A stretch of DNA of 64,000 bases from a virus. The stretch lies in IMG/VR virus record IMGVR_UViG_3300020469_005214, positions 1-64,000 of that record. One strand, written 5' to 3'. Every line of letters starts with the position of its first letter. Position 1 is the stretch's first letter. Under the pieces are notes generated by a model. It was not told the origin of the DNA. It worked only from the letters and a program-made list of their open reading frames with translations, and did no database searches. The position numbers were made by a program, and so were the translations under genes. Below, one piece after another: positions 9,762-19,920 of the stretch.

Positions 9762-10235
9762 ATGGCAAAAATAACTTATGTACACGAGGCAAAGGGCTAT
9801 GAGATTGATTTAGACCTTTATGAGTTTGAAGTAGCAACAGACAAAGACTATAATAGCTACTGTGCAGAGTTTGGTTTAGAGACTGAAAAGATTATCGCAG
9901 AAGACAGTCAAGAAAAAATTGACGAGATTTACAGTAAATATAAAGACACTGTAAATATGAGTTACAGCGAGTTAAAAAGATGGTCAGAGAGTCCATGTAG
10001 TAAAATCGCTAGTTTATCTCGTGCACCGATTGAAAGAAATTTAAGATTGCTATCTAAGAAGAAAAGTGAGTGGACAATGAGTGATGTTAAATCTGCTAAC
10101 AGAACAATAAGTTTTGTATCTAGAATGAAAGGTATGGAACAAGGAAAGAAAAAGAAAATTAAAGAAGGTGGGCGAGAAATTGTTTGTCCTTCTAAAAGAG
10201 ATGTTAGCTTAATGAACTGGGCTTTTAAGCCTTAA
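9762..10235 (+). CDS. DUF3140-like protein
   Basis: VNMSYSELKRW...KKKSEWT...SLMNWAFKP matches remembered DUF3140 motifs (VNMTxxELxxWL...SLMNWGHDP). Confidence 0.65.
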   Translation: MAKITYVHEAKGYEIDLDLYEFEVATDKDYNSYCAEFGLETEKIIAEDSQEKIDEIYSKYKDTVNMSYSELKRWSESPCSKIASLSRAPIERNLRLLSKKKSEWTMSDVKSANRTISFVSRMKGMEQGKKKKIKEGGREIVCPSKRDVSLMNWAFKP

Positions 10236-10267
10236 ATTGAAAACATTAAACAACTAATAGTGAGAAG

Positions 10268-10295
10268 CTTCTCCATGTTTGCCTTTTTGTGTAAT
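10268..10295 (+). promoter_or_regulatory. Late promoter CTTCTC-N16-TGTAAT
   Basis: Motif with ATG 7 nt downstream (10303). Confidence 0.75.
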
Positions 10296-10302
10296 AATAA
10301 TC

Positions 10303-10758
10303 ATGGCAGAACTTCAACCAATTTCAGGCGTAGCCTACGAAATACATCAAGAACTGGACGAACCAACTACTCCCACAACTGGTAGTATTTTTTATTGGTT
10401 AGAATCGAACGTCGGAAAGTTAAATAATAAAATTTCAACATTCTATTGTTACGAGTCTGGTGATTATTCTCCGCAACTTGGAGAAGATGAAAAAGGTATA
10501 TTGAAGGCTTTATATTATTCGTTTTATTATAAAAGCAAAGCTAGGAACGCTTTAGCGACTACCAGCAGTAATAATATTTTGTCTCTAAGAGACGATCAAT
10601 CTTCTGTTACGTTTGTCCAGCCCAAACAGGTAGCAAAAGCCTATAGTGATTTAGCTAAAGAATCGGAAATAGAAGCAGATGGTTTAGCAAATTCTTGGAA
10701 ACATAATAGGAGTGGACCAAGAGATCCAAAAACGAGCTGGACTGGACACTGGCAATAA
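10303..10758 (+). CDS. Head-tail adaptor/connector (probable); start moved from 10279 to ATG 10303
   Basis: Helical ~150-aa neck-position protein; the track start lies inside the promoter. Confidence 0.6.
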   Translation: MAELQPISGVAYEIHQELDEPTTPTTGSIFYWLESNVGKLNNKISTFYCYESGDYSPQLGEDEKGILKALYYSFYYKSKARNALATTSSNNILSLRDDQSSVTFVQPKQVAKAYSDLAKESEIEADGLANSWKHNRSGPRDPKTSWTGHWQ

Positions 10759-11213
10759 TGGGCTATTTAACAGAACAGCAAGAATTATCAGTAAATGAAG
10801 CGTTTTCGAAGCTTCATTATGAATTCGCCACAAGGAATCCCTTTTATGCAATTTCTGAGGGCACTAAAACAGTAGTCACTCATAAACCAGATCATAATGC
10901 TTTTTATCAAAACTCTCCCACTAACAGTGTAGTTACTACTACAAAACAGAGTGGGTTATTTTATGCTAGAACATCTTTCCTTAATGGAACTGAAAACTTT
11001 TATAAACTAAATTTTGGAGGCAACTCAGAGCCGTTGCCAGAAACCTCACAAACAATATTGAAAGTTATTACAGATTCGACAGGAAACTCGCTATTAGAAA
11101 ATGCAGATAGGATAGAGTGGGATGGAAATCATTATCGCCGTAGATCAGAATCTTCAAAACATGGTCTATTAAAAGACAGTTTTTATAGATTCTACTTCGA
11201 AGAGATAAGATAA
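10758..11213 (+). CDS. Head closure/stopper protein (probable)
   Basis: Synteny; beta-rich C-terminus ADRIEWDGNHY. Confidence 0.55.
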   Translation: MGYLTEQQELSVNEAFSKLHYEFATRNPFYAISEGTKTVVTHKPDHNAFYQNSPTNSVVTTTKQSGLFYARTSFLNGTENFYKLNFGGNSEPLPETSQTILKVITDSTGNSLLENADRIEWDGNHYRRRSESSKHGLLKDSFYRFYFEEIR

Positions 11214-11217
11214 CAAA

Positions 11218-11245
11218 GTTCTCCAGATACACGGTTTTGTGTAAT
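11218..11245 (+). promoter_or_regulatory. Late promoter GTTCTC-N16-TGTAAT
   Basis: Motif with ATG 7 nt downstream (11253). Confidence 0.75.
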
Positions 11246-11252
11246 AATATCT

Positions 11253-11828
11253 ATGCCGATTTTTAAAAGAAGAATAGACGCTAAGATTCAGAAGGGTTTG
11301 GCGGGTCAAAAAGCTAAAAACTTTATGAGGCGCAAGGCTGAGAGAAGGGTAAATACTGCCAAAGAACAGCTAGATAATGACATTGATTCTGATTTTGTAT
11401 CTAAAAAAATTGAAGGAGATCCAGAAACTATTGGTTATTTTGGTTTTCAGGCAGGAGATTTACCAGTAGAAGAATTAAAGCGAGTTATGGACAATAGGAT
11501 TGGAATGGGTTCTAATAGCAGCGTAAGAACTAGAAAGACCGCATCTGCGAGGCAAGCCACATATACATTTCAAGTAAAATTTCCCACTTCTAAAGATATT
11601 TATTCAGAATTTGTTTTAAATCTTCCTTGGGTATCAAAAACTTGGGTTGAAGCAGTTGAGAGAGGATTGGGTAACTTAGAAAAAAGATTTTCTTTTAGAC
11701 CAGGCAAAGGTCGTTCACAATTCGGTGTTCAGCTCAAAGGAGATGTTCCAAATGCAATCACACCATTGAAAGACGAGGGATATATTGAAAGAATTAGAAG
11801 GTATTTCTCGGAAAATTTATCAAACTAA
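11253..11828 (+). CDS. Neck/tail-completion protein (putative)
   Basis: Basic 191-aa protein at the neck position. Confidence 0.5.
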   Translation: MPIFKRRIDAKIQKGLAGQKAKNFMRRKAERRVNTAKEQLDNDIDSDFVSKKIEGDPETIGYFGFQAGDLPVEELKRVMDNRIGMGSNSSVRTRKTASARQATYTFQVKFPTSKDIYSEFVLNLPWVSKTWVEAVERGLGNLEKRFSFRPGKGRSQFGVQLKGDVPNAITPLKDEGYIERIRRYFSENLSN

Positions 11829-11834
11829 TTAATT

Positions 11835-12686
11835 ATGAATCCACAATTTAAACATAAATTAGGTTCAAGCCTAGCCTTCTTTTTAGAACACAAGGTTCTT
11901 AACAAAGGTCAAGCTTATACAAATGTAAGCGGTGATCTTTATGATTCTGATCAAATACCCTTTAATGGATTTACTTTTTCATCTAGTTCTGACGCCCAAT
12001 GGGTTTATGATTCATCTGTTTCGGGAGCGATTATTCCTAATGGGATCAATCATACAGAGGTAATATCAGGTGAGACAGTTAATACCTTTACTAACAGAGC
12101 TAGTGGAGTCAATTTAAACTTTCTCAATGGAGGAGCATATCATTCTGGACTTTCTTCACCATCAGCAGCTTATGCAAAAAAAGATTTAAACTTTTATTTC
12201 AGAAACGAAAAAGATGTAGAGTTATTTATGGAAAAATCTTTTAACTCTGAAGACCCTATCGATCCAATTACAGGATCAAATGATCTGAAGATTAATGCCC
12301 CTTGTGTTATCTTAAGTTATAAAGACAGCAAAAATAATCCGTTTGCTTTGGGCGGAATGGACGAAAATGAGTCAAATTATCAAGCCGTTGTAATTTCAGA
12401 TGACCCTTATCTGATGGATGGAGCATTAAGCATTTTTGAAGACTTATCTCAAACTTGCTTCCCAATCATAGATTTTGAAGACATACCTTTCAATATTTAC
12501 GGAGATTTGAAAAATGGTGAATTTAATTACACTGGTTTGTCTTCAAAATACTCAGATCCAATACAAAAAGCAAACGTAGATAGAGTTATATCTAATACTA
12601 CATCAATTTCATCTAAAGGTGCGGATAACTTTTATTTAGGTTATGCAGAATTTAGATTGTTATCTTACAGATTTCCAAGACTTTAA
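11835..12686 (+). CDS. Tail terminator-like protein (putative)
   Basis: Directly upstream of the tail tube; PCVILS..NNPFALGG segment. Confidence 0.5.
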   Translation: MNPQFKHKLGSSLAFFLEHKVLNKGQAYTNVSGDLYDSDQIPFNGFTFSSSSDAQWVYDSSVSGAIIPNGINHTEVISGETVNTFTNRASGVNLNFLNGGAYHSGLSSPSAAYAKKDLNFYFRNEKDVELFMEKSFNSEDPIDPITGSNDLKINAPCVILSYKDSKNNPFALGGMDENESNYQAVVISDDPYLMDGALSIFEDLSQTCFPIIDFEDIPFNIYGDLKNGEFNYTGLSSKYSDPIQKANVDRVISNTTSISSKGADNFYLGYAEFRLLSYRFPRL

Positions 12687-12714
12687 TTTCTCATTTAATA
12701 AAAAAATTTGTAAT
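12687..12714 (+). promoter_or_regulatory. Late promoter TTTCTC-N16-TGTAAT (tail tube)
   Basis: Exact consensus. Confidence 0.85.
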
Positions 12715-12746
12715 ATAAAATACAACCCTCAAACATTTTTTAAATT

Positions 12747-13817
12747 ATGGCAAGAACACAAGTAAAATACGGATCAGCTGGACTTTTTGTTGGTCCCACT
12801 CCTTCAACAGGCTCTCATGCCGCTGGCTTAACGCAATTACACCGTGTCCAATCTATCAGTGACACTTTTGACCTCCCTTTGGAGGATGTTAATCAATTTG
12901 GTACCACGGCTGCTGTAGACAGAGTGGTAAACACGTCTCCTACTCCAACAATGGAGTTTACATATTTTGCATCTGATGGGCATAACGAAAAAGCCTTGGG
13001 AATACCTACCGATGGCGCTACATCTATTGTCAGTACGCTTTTGGACGGAAGCGAAGATGACAAGAATTATTTCTCACTATTTACAAGACAAGGAACAGAT
13101 GCCGCTGGAACTACTGTTACTGATGAAGATTTTGTTGTGGGTATCGGTAATGGATTCATTTCTTCTTATGCTGTTTCTGCAGCAGTTGGAGGTTTCATGG
13201 AAGCGAGTGTTTCTGTAGAAGGATCAAACTATCAAGTTACAGCAGCTAATGGTACTCCTTTAGTCCCTGCAGTTAATCCATCTGATGGAACTCCTAGTAC
13301 TGAAACTTATACAATGCCTGTTCCATCCACTGGAACTAGCGCAATGCCAACAGTTATCAAAAAAGGTGATGTAACATTTGCTGGACTTCCAAGCACTTTG
13401 TTGGGTGTAGATCTTAGTGAAGCGAGTGTTCAATCATTCTCAGTTTCTGTTGATTTACCTCGTGAAGCACTGGAAAAACTTGGTACTGACTTCGTATTTT
13501 CTCGTCCACTTCAAACTCCTATTACTGCAACCGTATCTTTGGATTTCGCAGTAACCGATCTAGTTACTGGTAGCCTTGCGAATCTTTTCACTAGCTGTCA
13601 AGCAACTGATTTTGATTTTGAAATTCATGCAAACCCATGTGTAGGTTCAACAAAATCACACACATTTGCGGTTATAGTTAAAAAAGCATTCTTTGAAAGT
13701 CAAAATACTTCTATAGATATTGGTTCTGACAGAAACGGCTCAGTAAGTTTCTCAGTTCCAATTGGAGCAGCTAATGATACTGATAGAGGTATTTTTATAA
13801 GCGGAAGTGCTTCTTAA
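12747..13817 (+). CDS. Major tail tube protein
   Basis: S/T/G-rich beta protein with RVQSISDTFDLP..FG and VQSFSVSVDLP..LG hairpin repeats; own promoter and terminator; precedes the tape measure. Confidence 0.8.
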   Translation: MARTQVKYGSAGLFVGPTPSTGSHAAGLTQLHRVQSISDTFDLPLEDVNQFGTTAAVDRVVNTSPTPTMEFTYFASDGHNEKALGIPTDGATSIVSTLLDGSEDDKNYFSLFTRQGTDAAGTTVTDEDFVVGIGNGFISSYAVSAAVGGFMEASVSVEGSNYQVTAANGTPLVPAVNPSDGTPSTETYTMPVPSTGTSAMPTVIKKGDVTFAGLPSTLLGVDLSEASVQSFSVSVDLPREALEKLGTDFVFSRPLQTPITATVSLDFAVTDLVTGSLANLFTSCQATDFDFEIHANPCVGSTKSHTFAVIVKKAFFESQNTSIDIGSDRNGSVSFSVPIGAANDTDRGIFISGSAS

Positions 13818-13846
13818 TAATTAAAATCTTAGTAAAATATATTATT

Positions 13847-13877
13847 AAATCCCACTGGAAACGGTGGGATTTTTTTT
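13847..13877 (+). terminator. Rho-independent terminator
   Basis: aaatcccactg-gaaa-cggtgggattttttt. Confidence 0.9.
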
Positions 13878-13902
13878 CACTTTGTTTTGTATTTGATGTA
13901 AT
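13875..13902 (+). promoter_or_regulatory. Late promoter TTTCAC-N16-TGTAAT (tape measure)
   Basis: Exact consensus overlapping the terminator T run. Confidence 0.85.
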
Positions 13903-13915
13903 AATATCATAGGTT

Positions 13916-16900
13916 ATGGCTCAAAGCGACTTAGATATTATAGTAGGAGCAGATACGCGGAATTTGAATAAAAAGGTCGATTCTGCTGTCCGCAGGATTG
14001 AACGTAGAGGCGTTAATTTAGACACTAAAAAAGGTCAGTTAGCCTTGGGTCGTATTACTGGGAAGGCTGATGAGTTTACTAAGTCTCTAGAAGCTTCTAA
14101 TGCCCGTGTTATTGCGTTCGGAGCCTCTGTTGCAGTTATTGAAGGGGTAAGAAGGTCTTTCACAAAATTAGTAACTACAATCGTAGAGGTTGAACAACAA
14201 CTTACTTCTATTAATAGTATTTTAGGTCAATCCAATAATACAATAAATCAGTTTGGAAGTAGCCTGTTTGATGTTGCAAAACAAACTGGACAGTCTTTTC
14301 AACAAGTAGCCCAAACTGCTCAAGAATTTGCCCGTCAAGGTTTGTCAGTGGAGCAAACATTGCAACGTACTAGTGATGCCTTAATTCTTACTCGATTAAC
14401 AACTTTAAAAACTGACGAAGCAGTTGCTGCACTTACGGCGACTATTAATGGTTTCCAAAGGGAAGCCCTAACATCTACTGAAGTTATTAATAAGCTTCGT
14501 GCTGTTGAAACATCTTTTGCTGTTTCTTCAGATGATTTGGCTAGTGCTTTGGCTCGTTCTGCTTCTGTGGCTCAAGGTGCTGGTGTTTCTTTTGATGAAC
14601 TCTTGGGTGTTATAACGGCTATCAAGCAGAGAACTGGTCTTGGTGGAGCAACTATAGGTCAAGGTCTAAAAACTGTTTTTACTAGATTAAATTTACCAAC
14701 TCGTGTTGCCGAATTAAAAAACTTAAATGTTGAAATTGATGAAAACGCAAATGGATTTGAAAAGTTACGTCAAGTAGCGATTGCTTACAAGGCAGCGCAA
14801 AATGCTAATAACCAAGGCTTGGCTACTCAAATTGGAGTTGTAGCTGCTGGTCAGTTTCAAATTTCCAAGTTATCTGCCGCATTCGACGATTTGGCTAATT
14901 CATACAGTATATCTGATGCTGCAGCAGAAAGAGCAACCCTAGCTACTAATGAAGCTAATAAAGCAAATGAACAATATAATGACACTATTGCAGGAGTTAG
15001 CAAACAAATTAGTGCTAATATTGGAGCAATTTTCAATAGTGTTGGACAAAAAGGAACTTCTGATGCGATTAAAAATCTTGTTACAAATATCAACTCCATT
15101 TTAGAGGCTTTTCAAGGAAATAAGGTCTCTGGAAGTAGTGCGTTCGTTAGTATTTTAAATGATGCTATTATAGGGGCCAAAAATTTCGGATTTTTACGTG
15201 ATGCCGCAGAAGGCTTCGCAAAAGTTTTAACTGGGCCTGGACTTGTTGCTGCTGCTGCTGTTATTAAAAATCTGTTTGCTAACACATTGGCTCAGGGTGG
15301 TAAGTCTTTACTTTCATTAACTGGAGTTGATAAGCGTCAAAAAAATAGAGAACAGAATCAGACTGCTGTTTTAAGTCTTTTAAGACAAGGTACTGCTGAA
15401 GAACAGAAGCAGTTTGCTTTGGCTACTGCGCAAGAAGCAAAAGAAAAAATTATTCTTACAATTTTGCAAAGACAGCTTGCTGTTCAACAAGCTCAAGAGT
15501 TACAAGAAATTAGAACAGCAGATGCCATAAGAAGAAAGGGATTGGTTATATCATCTACTGATGCTGGAGTTATTAGTACAAGGCGTTCAATGGGTGCTGT
15601 ACTTAAAGGACGTGGAGTAGCTGCTAGAGCAGAGGGATCAATACCAGATGCAATTATTAGAGAACAAAATGCTATTGATAGAAATGTAGGAGGAGCAACA
15701 TCTAAAGCAAGAGTCCAAGTTATTGACAAATTTAATTATGGAGGAGGTAAAAGGGGTCCAGCAGTTGTTAATAGTGATGAGCTTATTATACCTACCAAAT
15801 CTGGAGACATTGTCCTAAATAAGGACATGATGAATAAAAAAGGATCTAATTTCGCTGCAGGAAGTGCGAGGGAAATAAGAATAAAAGGTAAACTAGAAGC
15901 TGGACAAGCATTAAGCAACAAAGATAAAGAATGGCTTAGAGCAAATGCTGGTAACAATCCAGCAGGAGCATCTAATAGATTTCAAAATAAAATTTTACCT
16001 GCTACTGCTAGTGCTATTATCAGAGGTGGAGGCTCAAATATTTATGCTGATAATACTATTGGAGCTGTTAGAACGGCTAGATTTCAAGAAAGGAATCAAG
16101 CTAGAAATCCCGTAGGCAGACCAACTAACAGGGAATCTATCAGAAGAAGACTAATAAGTAGAGGAGCTTCAGGACAGTTTGAAGCCCTTAGAAGTTCAAG
16201 TAACCCAGAGACAAGATTTGAAGGTATGCGGGTTGGAGGATTCGCAGGATTTGCAAGGAGACAAGATAGTCTTGATAGAGCCGATGCTTTAAACCAACAA
16301 GCTAGAGATATGAGGGTGCAACAAGCTAGAGATCAAAAAGCACAACAAATACGAGCGGAAAGAAGAGCACGACAACAAACAGCATTCCAAGAACAAGAAA
16401 TCTTCGATTCAGACCAAAGAGCAAGGTTTAGAGGTGATTTAGATATAGACCAGAACACTAGGTTCTCAAAAAGAGAAAAAGCGATATTCCAAGATCAAGC
16501 TTTTGACACAGAAATGGATCGAGAGCTAAATAGAAGAGGCATCAAAGCAGGAAGTGAGAATGCTAAAAAATTTGCAAACACTCCAGAAGGCAAAAAACTG
16601 TCACAAAATGTTAAAGAACGAGTTCGGACTACTGTCTCTAATAGATTTTTCGAAATAGACTCACAGGTAGCTGATCAGCAAGTTAAAGGAGCTCAATTAG
16701 CAATAGATAAGCAGGCACGTAGTGGAAAATTAGGAAAATTAGGTATACCAAGTTTTAGAGGCCTAGAGAAACAGTTTGCGCAAGACAAAACGCTGACTCC
16801 TCTGGCGAAACAAAGATTGCAATCGGATATTCAGAACAGGAGATTACAAAGAAATGAATCTCTATCCCAAAAGGGGTTTATAGGCAGTTTTGCTTTGAGT

Positions 16901-19645
16901 ATGGCTTCTCCATTGGCAGGACGTGTAGCTAAAGGTGTAACAGGTAGCGAAAGAGCTGGATCTGCTGTAGAGGGCGGACTTCAAGGAGCTGCAACGGGAC
17001 TTGCTCTTGGAGCAATGTTCGGACCAAAAGGGGCTCTAGTTGGAGGTTTAGGAGGTCTTGCATTTGGAGCTGGTTCAGCTTTACTTGACAAAGGTCCTAC
17101 AAGAGCAGAAGAGTTAAAAGAAATATTTGAAAATGTTAGAGAAGAAAATGTAAATAGTGCAAATGCTATTAATAGCTTTTTGCAATCCGAGTCTTTAATT
17201 GGAGATTTATTATCTTCTGGAGATTTTGATACAAGAAAAATATCAAGATTAAGAACTGATGCACTTAAAAATTTAAGGCAAACCAACAAAGAGGGAGAAA
17301 GACTATTAACTGATGCACAGGTTTCAAGAATAACTTCTGCAAGACCAGAGGATAGAAATGAAATAGCTGGCGAATTGCAGAGAGAACTAACTGCAAGAAC
17401 AAATATAGCTGGAGCGAATGCTGAGTTAGCAAAAATTTTACAACAGACAACAGGATCGAGACTAGATTTCGATGATTCTGCTGTTTCGAGACTCGCTCAA
17501 TCGCAGTCGGGAGTAACTTCTTTTGGAGGAGCTTTTGTAGCTGGAAGTGCAAGGACAGTAAGAACTGCCACTCCTTTCAGCGAATTAAACCGACCAGGCA
17601 GCGTTGTAGATGGTAAGACGTTAGAACAGGGCGGAAAACAATTCCAAGCATTGATATCTAATATTTTGGGTCGTGTTGATCTTGGAGAATTTGCGAAGTC
17701 TGCAAAAGCAGCGGAAGTTCCTTTGTCTAATTTTGTAAAAACTTTACAAGATGACTTGGGGTCTGGAAATGTTGATAGAATAAGTGAAACTTTTGAAAAA
17801 TTGGGATTTAACATAAACGATCTGGATGAAGAATTTAGATCAACAATTGGTGCTGTAAGCGGATTAGGTAAAGCTTTAGCGGCAAGTCTTGGAGAAGGGC
17901 AAATATTTAGCAACCTTATTCAACAGAACGCGCTACAAGCGGCAAGAGTAAGTTTGACAACTAATCAGGCTAGATTTGGACAAGCACAATTATCTGCTTT
18001 TCAAGCAAGAAGAAGTTTTAATGATGTAATTGGATTGCAAAGTCAATTATCTACTGCAACTGGTTTTAATAGAAGACGGAGCGCTCTAGAAATATCTGGT
18101 TCTAAATTCGGAATAACAGACTCACAAAGAGATAAGAACTTTTTAGCATCACAACAATTGGCTAGAGACAAAGCAGATGAAACAACAAAGGTTAATAGAC
18201 GTGAAATTTTTACTGACGCAAGAGAACAATTTGAAAAATTTATAGCTAAACCTCTTTCTGAGGGTGCTGAAATTGATAATGATAAATTGGCTTTAACTTT
18301 AATTAAATTGAGAGATGGCATTGATGATTTGACAGAACTAAAATCCATAAGAAATGAGTTAAAAGAAATTTTTAAAAATACTAAAGATTCAAAAGTGATT
18401 CTGGATGGTATACTCTTAGATACCGCCAAAGGTATTGCTCTTGAAAATGTTGCAGCGGCTGATAGGAAGGAAAATATAAAAATAAATCAAAATCAAGAAA
18501 CTGCTCTTAGAGAATTAAAACAGTCATCAGAAAGAATAGCTCAAATCGAAAGAGAGTTGGGTCAAACTATTCCAAGCGTATTAGGAACAGACGATGAAAG
18601 CATTGCTGGCAAGGTCAGAGCTGCTTCAGGCTTTACAAGTACACAAGGGTTCAACACAGTGTTACAAAACGAAGCTAGTCAAATTAGAGAGGGTCTTATT
18701 GCTGCTTTACAGGCAAGAGGTGGAGATGGAGAATTTCTTATACCTCAGTTTCAACAAGGTGCGATTTTAAATAACTTTGATAGAAGTATTAGAAGCACCA
18801 GAGATAGCTCACAAGTATCTCCTTTTGATGTTCCTGGAAGAGCTAATATAGCTTTAGATAGTGTAGCAACAAGATTTGGTTCTTTGGTAGATAACCCAGC
18901 ATTCGCTGCTTTAAGAAAAGAAATAGATTCAAGAGGCGGGGATATTGCTGACATTAGAACCACCTTGCCTGGAACCTTACCACAGGACTTTATTGCTAAA
19001 AGAGAATTTTTTGATAGAGATGGAAACCCAAATCCATTCGTTGTTCCTGAAACTCCAAATATAGAAGCTAAATCAGAACAAGATCCAGCTGTAGCTGAAT
19101 CATTTAAAATTCTTAAAGACGAAATAGTAAATACGGTTAGCGCATTTACAGGTCTTAGAACTGAAATTGAATCTAATGATTTTCTTAGAGCTATAGTAGA
19201 GAGAATTAGTGAAGGAATAGGCTCAAATCAGTTAGTTGGAGAAAAACTACAAGAAACAATAAGCTTACTCCAAGATTATCTAAATATAACACGAGATGGT
19301 AATACAAGCGCTTCTACTAGGACAGCTCTTGAACAAAATGTTTTTCCAGAAAATTACCAGATGAATCCATTACCACTTGGATCAGAATCTACTCCATTAG
19401 ATATGGGAATACTTGTAGAAAAACTTGGCGGCGAGATTGATCCTTTAGCTGAAGCCGTGAACACGCTTAGTACAAATATTAATGCAGGTATTGAGACTAG
19501 ATTAGAAACAAATAATATTTTCACGATAAATTTTGAGGGATTAGAACAAAATTTTGCAAATACTCAAGACTTGATAGACGAACTTTCTTTTAGGCTTGAT
19601 AAAATAGAATCAGAATTACGGGGTGACGTTATAACACCCGATTAA
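13916..19645 (+). CDS. Tail tape measure protein (TP901-type N-terminal domain)
   Basis: 1909 aa, helical, Ala/Gln-rich; EFARQG..., LARSASVAQGAGVSFDELLG...IGQGLKTVFTRL motifs; Gly-rich hydrophobic segment. Confidence 0.92.
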   Translation: MAQSDLDIIVGADTRNLNKKVDSAVRRIERRGVNLDTKKGQLALGRITGKADEFTKSLEASNARVIAFGASVAVIEGVRRSFTKLVTTIVEVEQQLTSINSILGQSNNTINQFGSSLFDVAKQTGQSFQQVAQTAQEFARQGLSVEQTLQRTSDALILTRLTTLKTDEAVAALTATINGFQREALTSTEVINKLRAVETSFAVSSDDLASALARSASVAQGAGVSFDELLGVITAIKQRTGLGGATIGQGLKTVFTRLNLPTRVAELKNLNVEIDENANGFEKLRQVAIAYKAAQNANNQGLATQIGVVAAGQFQISKLSAAFDDLANSYSISDAAAERATLATNEANKANEQYNDTIAGVSKQISANIGAIFNSVGQKGTSDAIKNLVTNINSILEAFQGNKVSGSSAFVSILNDAIIGAKNFGFLRDAAEGFAKVLTGPGLVAAAAVIKNLFANTLAQGGKSLLSLTGVDKRQKNREQNQTAVLSLLRQGTAEEQKQFALATAQEAKEKIILTILQRQLAVQQAQELQEIRTADAIRRKGLVISSTDAGVISTRRSMGAVLKGRGVAARAEGSIPDAIIREQNAIDRNVGGATSKARVQVIDKFNYGGGKRGPAVVNSDELIIPTKSGDIVLNKDMMNKKGSNFAAGSAREIRIKGKLEAGQALSNKDKEWLRANAGNNPAGASNRFQNKILPATASAIIRGGGSNIYADNTIGAVRTARFQERNQARNPVGRPTNRESIRRRLISRGASGQFEALRSSSNPETRFEGMRVGGFAGFARRQDSLDRADALNQQARDMRVQQARDQKAQQIRAERRARQQTAFQEQEIFDSDQRARFRGDLDIDQNTRFSKREKAIFQDQAFDTEMDRELNRRGIKAGSENAKKFANTPEGKKLSQNVKERVRTTVSNRFFEIDSQVADQQVKGAQLAIDKQARSGKLGKLGIPSFRGLEKQFAQDKTLTPLAKQRLQSDIQNRRLQRNESLSQKGFIGSFALSMASPLAGRVAKGVTGSERAGSAVEGGLQGAATGLALGAMFGPKGALVGGLGGLAFGAGSALLDKGPTRAEELKEIFENVREENVNSANAINSFLQSESLIGDLLSSGDFDTRKISRLRTDALKNLRQTNKEGERLLTDAQVSRITSARPEDRNEIAGELQRELTARTNIAGANAELAKILQQTTGSRLDFDDSAVSRLAQSQSGVTSFGGAFVAGSARTVRTATPFSELNRPGSVVDGKTLEQGGKQFQALISNILGRVDLGEFAKSAKAAEVPLSNFVKTLQDDLGSGNVDRISETFEKLGFNINDLDEEFRSTIGAVSGLGKALAASLGEGQIFSNLIQQNALQAARVSLTTNQARFGQAQLSAFQARRSFNDVIGLQSQLSTATGFNRRRSALEISGSKFGITDSQRDKNFLASQQLARDKADETTKVNRREIFTDAREQFEKFIAKPLSEGAEIDNDKLALTLIKLRDGIDDLTELKSIRNELKEIFKNTKDSKVILDGILLDTAKGIALENVAAADRKENIKINQNQETALRELKQSSERIAQIERELGQTIPSVLGTDDESIAGKVRAASGFTSTQGFNTVLQNEASQIREGLIAALQARGGDGEFLIPQFQQGAILNNFDRSIRSTRDSSQVSPFDVPGRANIALDSVATRFGSLVDNPAFAALRKEIDSRGGDIADIRTTLPGTLPQDFIAKREFFDRDGNPNPFVVPETPNIEAKSEQDPAVAESFKILKDEIVNTVSAFTGLRTEIESNDFLRAIVERISEGIGSNQLVGEKLQETISLLQDYLNITRDGNTSASTRTALEQNVFPENYQMNPLPLGSESTPLDMGILVEKLGGEIDPLAEAVNTLSTNINAGIETRLETNNIFTINFEGLEQNFANTQDLIDELSFRLDKIESELRGDVITPD

Positions 19646-19673
19646 TTTCTCAATTTATCTTTTTAGATGTAAT
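19646..19673 (+). promoter_or_regulatory. Late promoter TTTCTC-N16-TGTAAT
   Basis: Exact consensus right after the tape measure stop. Confidence 0.85.
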
Positions 19674-19692
19674 ATTACCCTGTAGGCAGGGT

Positions 19693-19911
19693 ATGGAAGA
19701 AAAGGATTATTTGTATTATAGTTTTTTGGGTAAACGGTGTATTAAATACATGTTTAAACAATATTTGTATCATCTAGAAGATTTACTTGATAAAAAGTCA
19801 ATTTCTATTGATGATTATGAAGAGGCTAGACAAAGAATTCTAGATATTGGCAATGATCAAGCCAGATTTTTTGAAGATCAGGCTGGTAATTATTTTAAAA
19901 TTAACAGGTAA
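19693..19911 (+). CDS. Hypothetical protein
   Basis: 72-aa ORF after a late promoter. Confidence 0.7.
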   Translation: MEEKDYLYYSFLGKRCIKYMFKQYLYHLEDLLDKKSISIDDYEEARQRILDIGNDQARFFEDQAGNYFKINR

Positions 19912-19920
19912 AGGGGATTT

